Assembly: GCA_951406725.2 (NCBI GenBank)
Contig: OX597823.1
Location: 26,060,001-26,308,000 of the forward strand
Direction: 5' to 3'
From: Octopus vulgaris
Lineage: Eukaryota
Length of the DNA stretch: 248,000 nucleotides
A program made the translations under genes and the position numbers. Below the pieces are notes generated by a model. It made no database searches and had not been told where the DNA came from. It worked only from the letters and a program-made list of their open reading frames with translations. Shown here piece by piece: positions 172,001-186,230 of this stretch (the first letter of the stretch is position 1; every line of letters begins with the position of its first letter).

Positions 172001-174442
172001 TTTTACCTAGAGTATTTAATATGGAGTAAGTAGTGTTTGCATTCAGTTTGGAGGAGCAAAAGCTGTAGTCGTACTAATTGAAATGACAGACACAGCTATT
172101 ACAAAGCATTAGATGTAGTATGGCATTAAATGAAGGTTTGCCTGTCAGGTATTCAGTCTTTATACCTTGGATGCTGCATATAATTTGTGTACACACATGT
172201 CTGCTTGCACATATACATGTGTGTGTGTGTGTGGTCGAGGTCATGTCTTCATTGAAGAAAAAAAAATCTTTTTGTTTATTTATTTTTGAAGAACATTTGC
172301 GCTATAAGAAGTCGGTTGCTTTTCAAATCTGAAGTATTTTCTGACTTTGAAAAGGAAGGAAACCCTACCTTTGTGATGCAGTCCTGGTTATGTAAAGAAT
172401 GTACGGCTGCTATGAAAGGTCAACACAAATTGTAAGACCTTAGCATTTGCAGGGAATCTGATGAATTACAACAAATAGAGGTGATGGGTTGTTTGGAGTG
172501 AGTGTGGGTGTGTGTTTCCAGTTAACAATGTTGGGAAAATTTTTAACCAATTGTTACTTGTTTGCTTTTTTTTTTGTTTTTATTTTGATCTTAGGAAGTC
172601 TTATTTCTTGGTGTATTTAGTTAGTTAATTTTTTAAAATTTTATTATTTATTTTTTCAGCATTACATTTCGGATTTATTTTTCACAGTTCTGAGATCAAA
172701 TGCACTCAGGGCATAATTTTACTTCCTGCCTTTCCTTTAGGATGACTTGTGATGTTTTGTCACGTTTCTCTTGAGTTCACGTCCTACAAGGATTGGTTTT
172801 TGCTTTCATCCTTTTGGGGTTGATAAAAGGCCACAGGTTTTGGAAAGAGTTAAAATTGGTTAAATCGATACCTGTGAGATTTAGCTGATTTTTCTATTTC
172901 TTTTTCATTTTCATCTTGCAATATGTGAACAGGATTGTTGGTTGCAGGCTTCTAATGGGACAATCACTGGTTCACTGCATTTCTGAAAGCAAAAGTGACA
173001 AGGGATTGTCTAATTGGATATTTCAATGGACCTTGTTCACAAAGTACTGATTTTTCAGTTTTCTTGCTGGTGTTTATCTTTTGCTACTAAATTCCACTAT
173101 CTCTTCTGCTGCTACTGCTTTTAGAACAGTGTATGATATTCTGTTTTATTAGGCTACGTTCTGTTCAGTATAAACCCACTTGAATAATTTCTTTAAAAAA
173201 GTTTCTGCCCTTTCTAAAAGTGTCAATATTCACTTTTCAGTTCTACTCACAATAACCCACCTGAAATTCTCTTGCTAGTCATGCCACCTACTCCAATCTA
173301 ATTACTGTCCTTCAACTAAGCTTTAATTAACTATCTAACTTCACCCAATTATCTCAGAATAAGACCTTAGACAAAGGTATATCTTAAGTATTTGCTATTT
173401 AATAAATATATAATGTATTGGTAGAGTTGTTATAGCATCAAATAAACTCTTTATAATATTCATTCTGACTTTTTTGCAGTCTTGGTTCAAATCCTAGTAA
173501 GGTCAGGTTTGTTTTTCATCCTTTCAGGGTTTGTAAAAAAAGTATCAATCCGTGTTGGTGGTTTGGCAGACAGAATGCCTTGTAATATCTATTCCAGCTC
173601 ATCACTTTTTGAATTCCTATTTTGCTATGGCCCATTTGAGTGACAGATTAAATCTGTTGCCTGGTTTAACACATTTGTTGAAATACATTATCTTTGTTTC
173701 AATTAATTTTGAAAATAAATTTAGTGAAATAGCGTTGTCATTTAATAATGAAGTTATTTTACTAAATTCATGTTTGTGACTTAAATGAGAGAAGGTTTTA
173801 ATTTAAATCACTTTAAGACAAAGTTTGTATCATAGAACCAGGAGCAGTCTCAGGCAGGTTTATAACAAAAAAATTAACACCAATACTTGGCACTACTTGT
173901 GTGCTTTTAGCAGTCTATTCTGTTGTAAATGTTCTTGCTATGTCTCTGGTTTGAGGATAACTCACTCCTTCCCCACCAGTCTTTACAAATGCCTTATAGT
174001 GACATGAGCATTGGCTTCCTTCCTCACTAAAAGGTTAAAAAAAGGAAACTACCACAATGTAGTAGTGTTAAAGGTGCCAGTGGGTGGACTGTGTGAGACT
174101 ATTTTCAATTCCTGTTTGTAGATATGCTACCCACTTATGACCTTGGTAGTGTTATCAACTATCTTGACTACCTAAAGAATGAATTGGTGGGGTGAGAGGA
174201 GTTTGGTGGATATCTGTCCTTACAAAGGGTCCAGCTATTCACATAAGATCATCTCATTAGTGTGTTAGGAGTGGAGGAGTAACTATAATTGTATTTGTGT
174301 ACACATACATGTACACTTGAGTGGTGTATATGTAATGTATGTTTGTGCATGCATGCTTCTATATTTATTGTGTGTATGTATGAATATATATATATATATA
174401 TATATATTAGCATGGAAAACGGATGCTAAACGATGATGATGA

Positions 174443-174491
<49 letters not shown>

Positions 174492-177400
174492 CATGCATAT
174501 ACATATTTTGGTGTAATTATGTATGTATGTGTGTGCAAACAGATTTGTGTAAGAAGATCCAGGTATGAACATATGCACACACATATGATTATCTAAAATT
174601 TATGGGTCTTATAGAGCTGAACACGAGGTGCCAACAAGTTACCTTGCAGCACACTTTCTAAATATTCTATTTTCAAACTCATAAATTCAGTTCATCAGGC
174701 CTTTGCTCAGCATTTAGCTAGAGCTTTCTTTCTCTGCTAAGGACTATCCAACACAGACATTGTTAGCATAACCTACTTCGTTAGTAGATTTTACCTTTCT
174801 AGTTTGATTGTCTTGTCACTTCTAATGAGTTGATGCCAGCAATTTGTGGAGAAACACTCTGCTGATTTCACTGACTCTCCAGCTTGTAGCTGAAGATGGC
174901 ATTTCATTGTTATGTTTGTTTCATGTGGGAGGTTAGTTCTTTCAGAATTCAAATTATGTGTGTGTGTCTCTGTTTGTTTATATTCCTGTGGATGTATGTA
175001 TATTGCTATATCTGTTTGTTCTTACATACACACACACACACACACACACTACATATTCGCGTAGGCACAACTGGGGAGTGAAAACGAAATAGTCAAACAT
175101 ATGACTTTAATTAACATACTTGTTGAGTTGATAATTAGTAATTGCAACACCTTTCAAAGAGGAGTAACTAATTAATCTCTATCAGTATCCAGCCAATATG
175201 AAGTTATGCAATCTCAGAATTGTTTATTTATTTATTATTGTTGTTATTAATCCTTTATAGCTATTCAGCCTTTTAGCTAAGATCAAAGTGTAGTGGTGTT
175301 GGCGTTATTATTATTATTATTATTATTATCATAGTCTTATTGTTATTGTGTGCTTTCATTACATAATCAAGTGCAATATTGTTATTGTGTACTTTCTGTG
175401 CACAGTGGGAACTTCTTTTCCTTTCTTTCTTTTTTACTAGTTTCAATAATTGCATTGCGACCATGCTGGGGTATCACCTTCAGTCAGTTTGAATTAATCA
175501 TATCAACCCTTGTATTTTGCCTAGTCATTATTTCAACATTCTTGTATGGTACAAAATAGAAAATAGAACATTTGGCATGAGTAGATAACAAGTTGAGTAT
175601 GAATACCACAGGCTATTTCTGTTTAAATGTACCAGTTTTTCCCCCATTGTTCAAATTTTTCTTAAGAAGTATTGGTCAACCTGAGATTATGGTAAAAACA
175701 TTTGCCTAGTGTTGTAGGATTGAACCAGGAACCACATGATTGCAAAGCATCTTGAGCAAGTGCTTTCTATTATAACCCCAGGCCAACCAAAGCCTTGTGA
175801 GTGGATTTGATTGATAGAAACTGAAAGAAGCTTTGTGTGTATGTGTGTGTGTTACTGTTTCCTTGCTTTGGCATCATATGACAGTTGTAAATGAGTCTCA
175901 CCACTGTGCAAGTGTTGTCTTTCATTTCCAATCTTCTGTGAAAACATGTCTGGTCATGGGGAAATATTACTTCATTTGGGAAACAGGTGAGGTTTGGTGA
176001 CAGGAAGAGCATTCAGCTGTAGAAGAGTGGACATTGAAATGATGATGATGCAAAAGGGCTGTATGTAAAATGTCATTCTACTGAAAAGGGCCACTGAGCT
176101 ACAAAGGCTGAGAATCACAGGTCTAAAAACTAATTCTGGGCTGGAGGTGTATCAGCCTTTGGATAACACCGGTGGCTTGGAAAGGGGAGGCTGGTATGCA
176201 TGGGCAACTGCTAGTCTTCGATAAACAACCTTGCCTGGACTTGTGCTTTGGAGGGGAACTTTCTAGGTACAATCCTATGGTCATTCATGACCGAAGGGGT
176301 CTTTACCCCCCCCCCCTTTTTTTTTAAGCATAAAAACAATTAGTAAATTAAATGTAAATTAAATGATTTCTTTACATTAGTACCATTCCACATATTCATA
176401 CAAGAGTGAGTTATAGTTGATTGAATCAACCCTTCTTATTTTATCATATCATCCAGTGAGTAGTGAAAAGTCCCTTGATCCTTCCAGTGGAGTCAAATTT
176501 GTTGCAAGCATTCAGAATAGGTTTCCAGTATAAGAAAAAAAATTTCTTTCCTTCCACCAGTTTTGGAGGTCCTGAATAAAGGTAGTAGGTGCTATTCTTC
176601 TTTCTTTGGGTAAAATACATATAAAATATAGTTGGGCTATGGGATTTGAACTTAAAATGTAAACATTATTATCATCGTGAAGTATATTTACCATCTAAAT
176701 ATGGCTAACTCCTAAGGGTGGATACTACTGTAGCTTGTAGCCCCAGGAGGACACCTCCTCCAGCTGGCTATTGACACACTTTCTGTGCCCTATCAGTATT
176801 TGCAAAGGGAAGCCATCCTTCCTGTCTTCAACCTATGATACACACAGACTCGAGTTTCTGGGTATTGACCCGTCATCAACGTATGACAATCACAGTTGTC
176901 GATGAAAAGTAGGTTCCCTTTGCAAATATATATCCTTTTTCCAGTGACGTAGAGACACTGATATCGAAAAAGTGTAAACAAGCAATAATACATCTCAGAG
177001 CGAGTTATAAACATCATCATTTAATGCCAAAATTCCCATGCTGGCATAGGTTGGATGGTTTGAAAGGAGCTGGTAAGTTGGAGAGCTGCACCAAGTTCCA
177101 TTTGTCTGTTTTGGCTTGGTTTCTATGGCTAGATGCCCTTCCTAACACCAACCACTTTACAGAGTGTACTTGGTGTCTTTTAAGTGTCACTGGCATGGGT
177201 GCCTTTTACGTTGCCTGATGCATTACTATTTCTGCTACTGCAGCACCTAAATAAATAAGGATTCCTTTACACACGGTGTACTTTTATATAATACAAAGTA
177301 TTTTGGATTGTCTTCCATTCCTTATATTTCTATGAACCAATAAGGGAGCCAGACAATGACCTTTTAGATGATTTAGTACTAGATAAGATACTTCAATAAA

Positions 177401-177839
177401 ATATTTGATGATCATGTCTGGATCGCTTTTGACTTGGGGTTAAACAATGGCAGCAGTAAAGTGGCAGGATTATCAGAAAATTTTGTTGAGGAATGTAGAT
177501 GTTTTATTGGCTTGGTTAGAGTATGTAGGACTTATTTTCAAACCAGAGATTTGGTCCAAATGTTTGCAATGTAGTGGATTGTGCTAATAGTACCCAAATA
177601 TCAGTAAATAGAGCCATGGATTAATTTTATCATTTAAGATCAGGAACCCTGACAGATTTCCAAGGTTTCTACTTACCAAGTTTCGTTTACAGGCTTCAGT
177701 TGACCTGAATTTATGGTGGAAGCCACTTGACCTAGGTGCCGTATATAAGGATCAAACACAAAACCACACAAGACACCCTAGATAAAAATTGCTATGGATT
177801 AGTATTATAAGAGCTAAGAGGTAGGTTGGAAAAACTGGA

Positions 177840-178740
177840 ATAAAAGGTGGGTAGCAGATAACTATACTGAGAAGCTAGATGTTAAGTGTATTTGGCAAAG
177901 GGAGATGCAGAAAGTAAGGAGTTAGTTCTGTGGTGTGAAGATTGGAAGAATGAAGTGTTTCAGATTGCAAGGAGAAAATTAAGAAGACACGAGAGTTGTG
178001 TGTATGAAATGAGAATGGTACTTTTGCACTTACTGGTATTTAAAAGAAAGAACCATGGAAGTGTTATTATGAAAAGTTGTTAAATGAAAAGACATGGGAG
178101 AAAGATGGTTTTCCTTGAGAGTACTTTTCTTGAGAAACCAGCCATTCAGGTTGACAGCAGTATGGTAGATTTATTAAGGATATGAAGGCAGGGAAAGCAC
178201 CTTGTCTATGAGGAATAGTTACTGAGTTGCTTAGAATATATGGAGTATGGCACAGCTTAGTCAGTCAGGTAATTCAGTTGATCGTGCTTGACAACATGAT
178301 CATCAACTATTACATGAGCAAAAGTAATGCATTTGAGAGAATCAATTATAGAGACATCAAACTGTTGAATTATGTTATGAAATTTACAGAAAGTGTAATA
178401 GCTTGATTGATTAGGGAATGAATTTATCTGGATGAGATGCAGTGTGGCTCTGTGCCAGGAAGAGTTACTACTGTAATAATTTTTCTTGTGAGACAACTAC
178501 AGGAAAAGTATTTAACCAGCAGTAAGCCACTATAATTAACATTTTGTCAATCTGAAGAAATCCTTTGACCAAGTTCCATGATCTATAATCTGGTGATCAA
178601 AATAACTGCACTGTTATGGACATATGGAGTACAATAGTTGGTAGTTAGTGCTCTAAGTGGATGGAATCTGGAAAAGAATGAAGACAGCTTTATAGATGTT
178701 GAGCCTCACAAGAGATGAAAGGGACTGAAGGTGACCTGCA
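177840..178740 (+). mobile_element. Highly decayed RTE LINE fragment
   Basis: RQLQEKYL and DEMQCGSVPGR motifs. Confidence 0.65.
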
Positions 178741-181700
178741 GAGCTGGAGAACACCTATCTTCCTTAGCAAGTTTAGTGAAGGGAATGCTAAAATGAAGTT
178801 GGGATGGCAGCTGGGACGTCCTCTCACTTTCATAACTCACTCTTAGCTCTTTCACTCATTTTCCTCCCACTTATACTCCGATATTCCCTGTATCATGCTG
178901 CCTGTATGCAAGATAGCAGTGGACCTTTCCCTGTGCACCATCCTTACAGTAGCGGAAGCTCTTTAGTCTTGCAAAGTATAGCTAGTAGCATTATAATAAA
179001 ATGCACCTTGTACATTGTGTAAATTCGCTGGTGAATTAAGCAATGTAGGACTTAAAGGACTTATTTGTTTTGCTAAAGGGCATTGCAGCCTCTCTAGTAG
179101 CTGGTGTTACAAAAAAAAAAAAAACATGGTCAGTACAATCTGTAAAAGGATTGGTGTTAGGTAAAACATTAAGGCATAGAAATCATACCAAAAACTGAGA
179201 TTTGAGAGTGAGACATGGTCCTCTGACTCATCTAGAAGGGCAATAACTCCAAATAATAACTAACTTGGACCATAACAATCAGTCCAACCCATACCAGCAT
179301 GGAAAACAAATGTAAAAATGGTGGTGGTGGTGGTGGTGGTGGTGGTGGAAGATAAAATTATTAGCGATAGATTGAGCAGAATGAAAATGAGAGAAAATGG
179401 TAGCTTAGTTGAGAGTGTTTGTAAGAGATGGTAGAATACTAAGCTATGTGTGTGTGTGGGGGGGGGGGGGTCTGTCATTATTGCAGATTGGTCCAAGAAG
179501 GAAAGAAAAGCAGGTGGTGCAGATTTTAGCTGAAACTCAGAACTTTGGTACTTTAAAAAAAATAGTATGTATCACAGTCACTTGTCAGTAACACTATAAT
179601 GAGAATAATTAAAAAATCTGAGAATTTTATATGCCATAAAAAGTATGTAGCTTATAACGCATATGAAACCTTATTTATCTGTGAGGTGTTTTTGTAAGGA
179701 ATGTGCTCACACTTTGCCTAGAGCATGAAAGTAAAATGAGTTACCCTGCTTATCGGGTTTATGACATGAAATAAATCCTAAAGTTGTGATAAACTTTTTC
179801 TTTCTATGATAGCATAACAGCTTTTTTCAAGTTTACGAAAGTTTGCAATATGAAAATACCAAAAATAACTTATTTATGACTAATTATTGAATGAATGACT
179901 TGAGTAAATAACAAATCTAAATGGTTGATAGGGTGCCAGATAACTAGTCAGTGATTCATCTCCTATCACTGGTATTGTGTCTGCAACCAAGATACTGTAC
180001 TACCAAATAACTCAATCAGCTCTAAATAGGTACTGCATGGTAAGCAGCAACAAAATTGTAAAAGATGGAATCAAGTAGCATGAGAGAATGTTGAGCCTGA
180101 CATATGTTTCATTAGCTTACAGTGCTAAATTCATTTCTGCTTCTAGGTATAGCTTAGCAACAGATGTACTCCTTCAGGTCCCTAGATTCACTACTTCATA
180201 TATTATCTTTAGAGATTCTCCCATTACTTAAGGTAGTGATTTCCAACCTGTGTGCTATGAAGTTGTCAGGTCAGAATATTTTATTTCATTTCCCAATTAA
180301 AAGTAAGCATTCATTAGATTTGTTTTTACTGTACAATGAATGTCTAACTATAGGAGAAATATGTTTGTAGTGTTTTGTCTTATTTTTAGTAAAGCAAATA
180401 TGTTGCCACCTTTTAATGCTTGGAAAACACTGACCTTAATGGCTTATAGGACTCCTCACCAGATAATGGCTGGACTTTGAATTGAAGATCTTTTGCTAGC
180501 ATTAAGTAGAATATGAGTGGTTTCAGGTCTCTTTACCCAAATTCACTGTAAATCTCAGAGTTCTAAAACTCTTGTTTAAGAGTTGAATATTCATGATAAT
180601 TATCATTGGAGAAAGTGTTGCACATTCTGCATTGTACTGTTGCTAAGGTTACTGTGTCAACAACGACTTCACTTTTCTCTGTCCTCAAACTATGCTGAAA
180701 TACTATTTTTAAAGCCAGGAAATGTTATCAGGTAAGGATGGGGGAGAATTAAAGGGTGTGGTTGTAGTTATAATGATAGTACTGTGTTTTTAAAGACTGG
180801 AAGATTTTTTTCAGCTCTTCTCCCTAATTTCTGAAGAGGGAGATTGTTATTTAAAAGATGGGGAAAAAAAAGATCCTATAACTCATTTGAGGAACTTGGC
180901 CTTTTTTTTTTCTGTTTCAATGCAGGTTCAAGAAATAGGTTGATATTTTTTAGGGTAGGGGTGGGGTGGAATTAAGGATGGAGATAAAGTGGTGGCAGTG
181001 GTAATGGCAGCAGGCAAGACCAGGTTTGAAATTAAAAATGAAAACAATGTTGGGTAGAGAGGGAGTACAGTTATATAATAAGTAGCAAACATAACCATGT
181101 GGCAGGGACTGAAAGAATTTATTGGCATCATCTCAAAACAAGAAAAGAAAATTTTGATGGTTTGGTTTTGAAACTAGTCAAGATCTAAATAAAATAGACC
181201 AACTGTCATAGTGCCCCATCTAGTTCATAAGTGTATGAAAGATGAACATGAAGGCTATGATGATGATGATGATGATGATGACTATGTGGCATTTGAAATT
181301 GAGGATAGTTCTTACAAATTAACGAGTAATCGTAAATGACATTTGTGTAGTTTGGTTGCAAAGATTGTGTGTGTGCCTGTGTCTGGAAGAGGAGAGGTAG
181401 GAGAGAATATAACAGATATGCTATTGTATCTTTACCATTCAATGCCTGTAAGTTGAGGAGGCCGTTGGATGCCACAACTTGTTTGGAAACTTTATTACCT
181501 CTTCCTTCCCCTTGGTTAAATATTTTTTTGATGTATTTTTATCATATTTTAGCCTAGTGCTATCATTCACCCTTTCAACTAATATCTGTTTACATGAACT
181601 TCAATATCTTCCAAGATGTTCTGTTGTTTTGACTAATTCTTCATTGTGGCCAACTTGCCTGATATTTCATTATTTCTTCATTTCTTTGATGGTTATTGCT

Positions 181701-183519
181701 ACTTTTGCTGAATAATATATATTCCATCTAATCTTGCAATTTTCCAGAACAAAAAATGTTTTTGTTATTTTATGTGTGTATGTGCATGTGTGTGAGAGTG
181801 TGCATGTGTGTGAGAGTGTGCATGTATAATGTATAATGTGTGAGTGTGATTTTAAAAATTAATCTTTATTTTCATGCAACTTTTTATCTGTTTGGAATAG
181901 TACCAGTTAATATGAAGAATTCATGTATATCTTCTTTATACGTTACCATTTACTACTGTCTGTTTTATATTTTCTGGCAAAACTAGCTTTGTTAGTGAAC
182001 CAGCAACTTCCTTGTGGAACATTTTTTTCCTGTCCATATTTTCCGTCTAACCACCAGTTTACAAGTCAAATGTAGTAATAATTATGAGGCACAGTGCTTT
182101 CAAGGATCATTTCTTGGATTACTGATCACAGGTGTTTTTACTTCTGTAGCCATTGTGTTGTGTCTGTCAGCAAAGCTCTTAATTCTGTTTGCACCAGCTA
182201 ACCCGAATAAGCTCTTTCCTTCTTCACAGTTGACTGGTAACTGTAACAAGTAAACTCATGCAAAAAATATTAAGTGGCTATGTGGTTAAGAAGTTTGCTT
182301 TCCATTCACATGGTTTAGTCCCACTGTTTGGCGCCTTAGGCAAGTGTCTTCTGTTATGGTCTTTCCTGACCAAAACCTTATGAGTAGACTTGATACATGG
182401 AAACTGAAAGAAGCCCCATTGTATATATGTGTGTATGTTTGTGTCTCCTTGTCTTGGCATTGCATGATTGCTGTAAATGGGTCATTCATTTCCAGTATTT
182501 TGTGAAACCATTGAAAAATATTACCTGGCTTGGAAAAAATTGTGGGTTAGCAAGAAGGAGGGCATTTAGCCATAGAAAATCTACCTCAGTAAACTCTAAC
182601 TCCTGCAAGCATAGACAAGTGGATGTTAAAACAATGATGATGATATATGTATGAAGGCACGTAGCCTAGTGGTTAGAGTGTTGGGCTTATGACCATAAGT
182701 TTGTAGATTTGATTCCTGAACTGATGCTGCAAATTGTCCTTGTAAGGGTCTTTATTTCACATTGCTCCAGTCTGATCAACTGAAAATGTGTAGCAGCCTA
182801 ATACTGGTGCAGCTACCCCTCCTTCCAGCTGTCTTATCCTGGATATTCCCCTAGATTAAGTATGATAGTGCTGAGCAAGCATCTATATCTGCTTGCAACT
182901 ACAGAGGCACCTACAACTAATGAAAGCATGGTACCAGTTATTATATCACAACTTGTTTGCAAGTGATAGCTAATCTATGGATAGATATTATGTATGGCTG
183001 TGATTAAGATGTTTGTTTTATAACCTTATGGTTCATGTTCAATTTCAATGTGTATTACCTGATGTGTCTTCTATTGTGGTCTCAAGTGATGAATATTTAT
183101 ACAAGTGGAATTTGGACAAAAACTGTCGAAGGCTGTTCTACATGTTCCCTTTGTGTCTTGTGAGCAAGCTGTGGGGCAAATTGAGTTGGATAAAATAAGT
183201 ACTGGGATGATAATAATTAACTAAACACTTGGAGGCAGCTGCCCAGTATACCTGCATGTCAGTGAATGAAACCATTAAAAAAAAGAGAGAGACAGAGAGG
183301 TTGTAGTCTGAGGTATTGAAAGAAGGAACTGACAGTAAATGTAATGACCATGCACTTTTCAGTTACTCTTTCTATAATATTGAGTTCACTTATTTTTGGT
183401 GCTATGTATGCACAATATGCAAAGTCTATTCATGTATAATGTGTGTGTGATTAATTTGGTTAAACTTATTAGTTAAGAGAAGAAATTGATATATCAGCTC
183501 ATGCTACTTGGAAAATGTT

Positions 183520-183760
183520 GTTTCAGCTGTTTAAATTTTCAAACCTTTTGGACTAAATTCATATCTACTCAACAGTACCCGAATTGTTCAAAGAAGGCAA
183601 TGCAAATCTGGCTTCCATTTGGTTCAGCATTTTTGTGTGAAACAGGCTTTTCTGCTTTAGCAAGTATAAAATGAAATACAGAAGTTGTCTACAGGCAGCA
183701 GATGACATGCCTTGCCTTGACAAGCATTTACTCTAGAATCGATGAGCTTTGTCAATAAAC
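183520..183760 (+). mobile_element. hAT Charlie/Buster transposase C-terminal remnant
   Basis: FW...YPNCSKKAMQIWLPFGSAFLCETGFSAL..IK matches the hAT dimerisation domain. Confidence 0.8.
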
Positions 183761-185404
183761 ATAACATTATTGTAGGTTATATTTCTATGTGCATTTTACT
183801 TTCACTTAGTCTACATGTACAGTACTTCCAACTTTTTAAACTTGTCTAACACTGTGGTGAAGAAAGAATTATAAGGATGCTAGTTGTATTTTGCCTTTTT
183901 CATTAAAAAGGTAGTAGTGGTGGTAGTTGGCATTAATTCTTGTGCGTATGTGTCTGGCTGTGGTATTTGTCAGTTCGGGAACCACTGAATTAAAAATAAC
184001 CAAAGAAAAACATCAAGAGTCTGAGCAAAACTAGTGTCAGTCTGTGTCAACAGAAATAGTTAATATAATTTGTAAGATTGTGTGCCTTGAGAATACTTAC
184101 AAAAGCTAATTCTGAGCTTCAAAGAAGAGCCTTCCTTGACACATTGGAATTCAACTCTGCTCACAGCACACAAACTTATCCTGTTTTATAAATTGCATCC
184201 AAATATCTGTTGAGGTATTAGGTCAGCTTTTCATCGTTAAATTTAGATAATTTGAAGAGTGTGTGTGTGTTAATCAAGGTAATATTGGAGACTTGATGTA
184301 TGTGAGATTAATGCATTTAACTACTGAGTGGTGTCATTGAGTAGAACACCATTTACTTCACTTTACATGGCTGATAAAAGAAGTTCTTCCCTCATATTTG
184401 TTGTTGTTTAGCCCCAGGTCTAGCAGACTTATGATCAAAGATATTTTTATTGTGACCATCCTGTCTATTTGTATATCAAGGACTACATTGTCCAATGTGA
184501 CCTTATTTTTACTAAAGCGTGCAATTTGAAGGAGATTTGGTTACCATTTCTTGTACATTGAACTCCTTCACTGGCTTGTCTTGATTTTTTTTGTTCACAT
184601 ATGTCGTATTTACATAGCCTAAAAATATTTTTTCAGACTCAGTGTATCTTGGATTATAGATCCAATGTACCCTTCTTTATTTTATGTGACAAGTTGTGAT
184701 TTGAAGGAATTTTAGCTCCTGTTTCTAACAAGACAAGCAGTTGTATAGAGGCACCCTCATTGGTTAGCTTCATGGTTGAGTGGGTTCTTTTTTTCATTGC
184801 TCTTCCACTTTAACCCACAAACCTTACATTGCTCAAACTAGGATAGAAAAGTAGGTGCAAGACATTAAGTAATTGTTTCTGACATTGGTATAAGGCCATA
184901 GATTTAAGAAGTGGTTAATCAATAATATTGATTCCAATATTTTGACTATTAGTTTATCAGCCCTTGAGAGATGAAAGACAAAATTGACCTCGAGATTTGA
185001 AATCGGATATAAAAAGCCAGAACAAACACAGCAGGACAGTTCAGTGCTCCAACAATTCTACCATTTCCTTGATTCTATCACCATATAAACAACAATGACA
185101 ATGAAAATGAAGATAAACAGCCACAATAGTGATGCTAGCTTGCTAGTATTTATATATATAACTGAAAATACAGATCTTCTCACCACTTTCTCTCATATGT
185201 ACAATGTAGGTATATATTAAACTCGACTGCTGAAATCTACAAGTTTTGTTCATTCTCTCTCTCTTTATTTTCTCTTATTCCTTTCTGTTAAAGAGTGTGG
185301 GCCCAAAATGTAAAAGATTTTTTCATCTTCCTGAGCATCAAGTTAATACACTTGCTTGTTGTTCACACATTTGTCTTCGTCTTTAGTTTTTCTCTAAATT
185401 TCAA

Positions 185405-185452
<48 letters not shown>

Positions 185453-185454
<2 letters not shown>

Positions 185455-186189
185455 GTGTCCTAAAAGGCACTGATGTGTTTCAGTTTTTAATAACTTCATT
185501 AACTTTACAAATAAATGCATGAAATTTTGATACAATATAAAGGACATAATGGAAATTAATATGCACAAGTCAAACTTTGCAACACCACTACATCACATAT
185601 GAAAAATGACAGCCATTTTCGGCTTCACATGCTTGTGCTCTTTCCAAAACTTGCATCATAACACCCTCAAGAGTTTCAGACCTCACTTCTCTGATTTTTC
185701 TATTGATGTTCTCCTTCAGTTGTGCCAGGGTCTCCGGTTTGTTGACGTAAACCCTCTATTTCAAGTATCCCCACAAAAAATCCCGGCATTGTTGACGCAG
185801 GAGATTATTCTCTCTCCAAAGCACTGCTGTAGCAACAGCATTGTTTCTCTTGCAGTATGAGCAGTTACTCCATATTGCTGGAACCATGTGTGAGGTCTAC
185901 TTTGAATGGTCTTCACGTTAGCCCAGATTTTTTATTGTGAGGATACCTGAAAGAGAGGGTTTACGTCAACAAACCAGAGACCCTTGCACAACTGAAGGAG
186001 AACATCAATAGAGAAATCAGAAGTAGGGTTTGAAACTCTTGAGGGTGTGATTGTGCAAGTTTTGGAAAGAGCACAGGCGTGAGAAGCCGAAAGTAGTTGC
186101 CATTTAAGTGATGCAGTGGTGTTGCAAAATTTGACTTGTGCATATATCAATTTCCATTATGTCCTTTGTATTGTATCAATTTCATGCAA
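185453..186189. mobile_element. Tc1/mariner-type non-autonomous element with long internal inverted duplication
   Basis: 185517-185790 is approximately the reverse complement of 185920-186189; starts CAGTG next to (TA)n. Confidence 0.65.
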
Positions 186190-186193
186190 TTAT

Positions 186194-186230
<37 letters not shown>
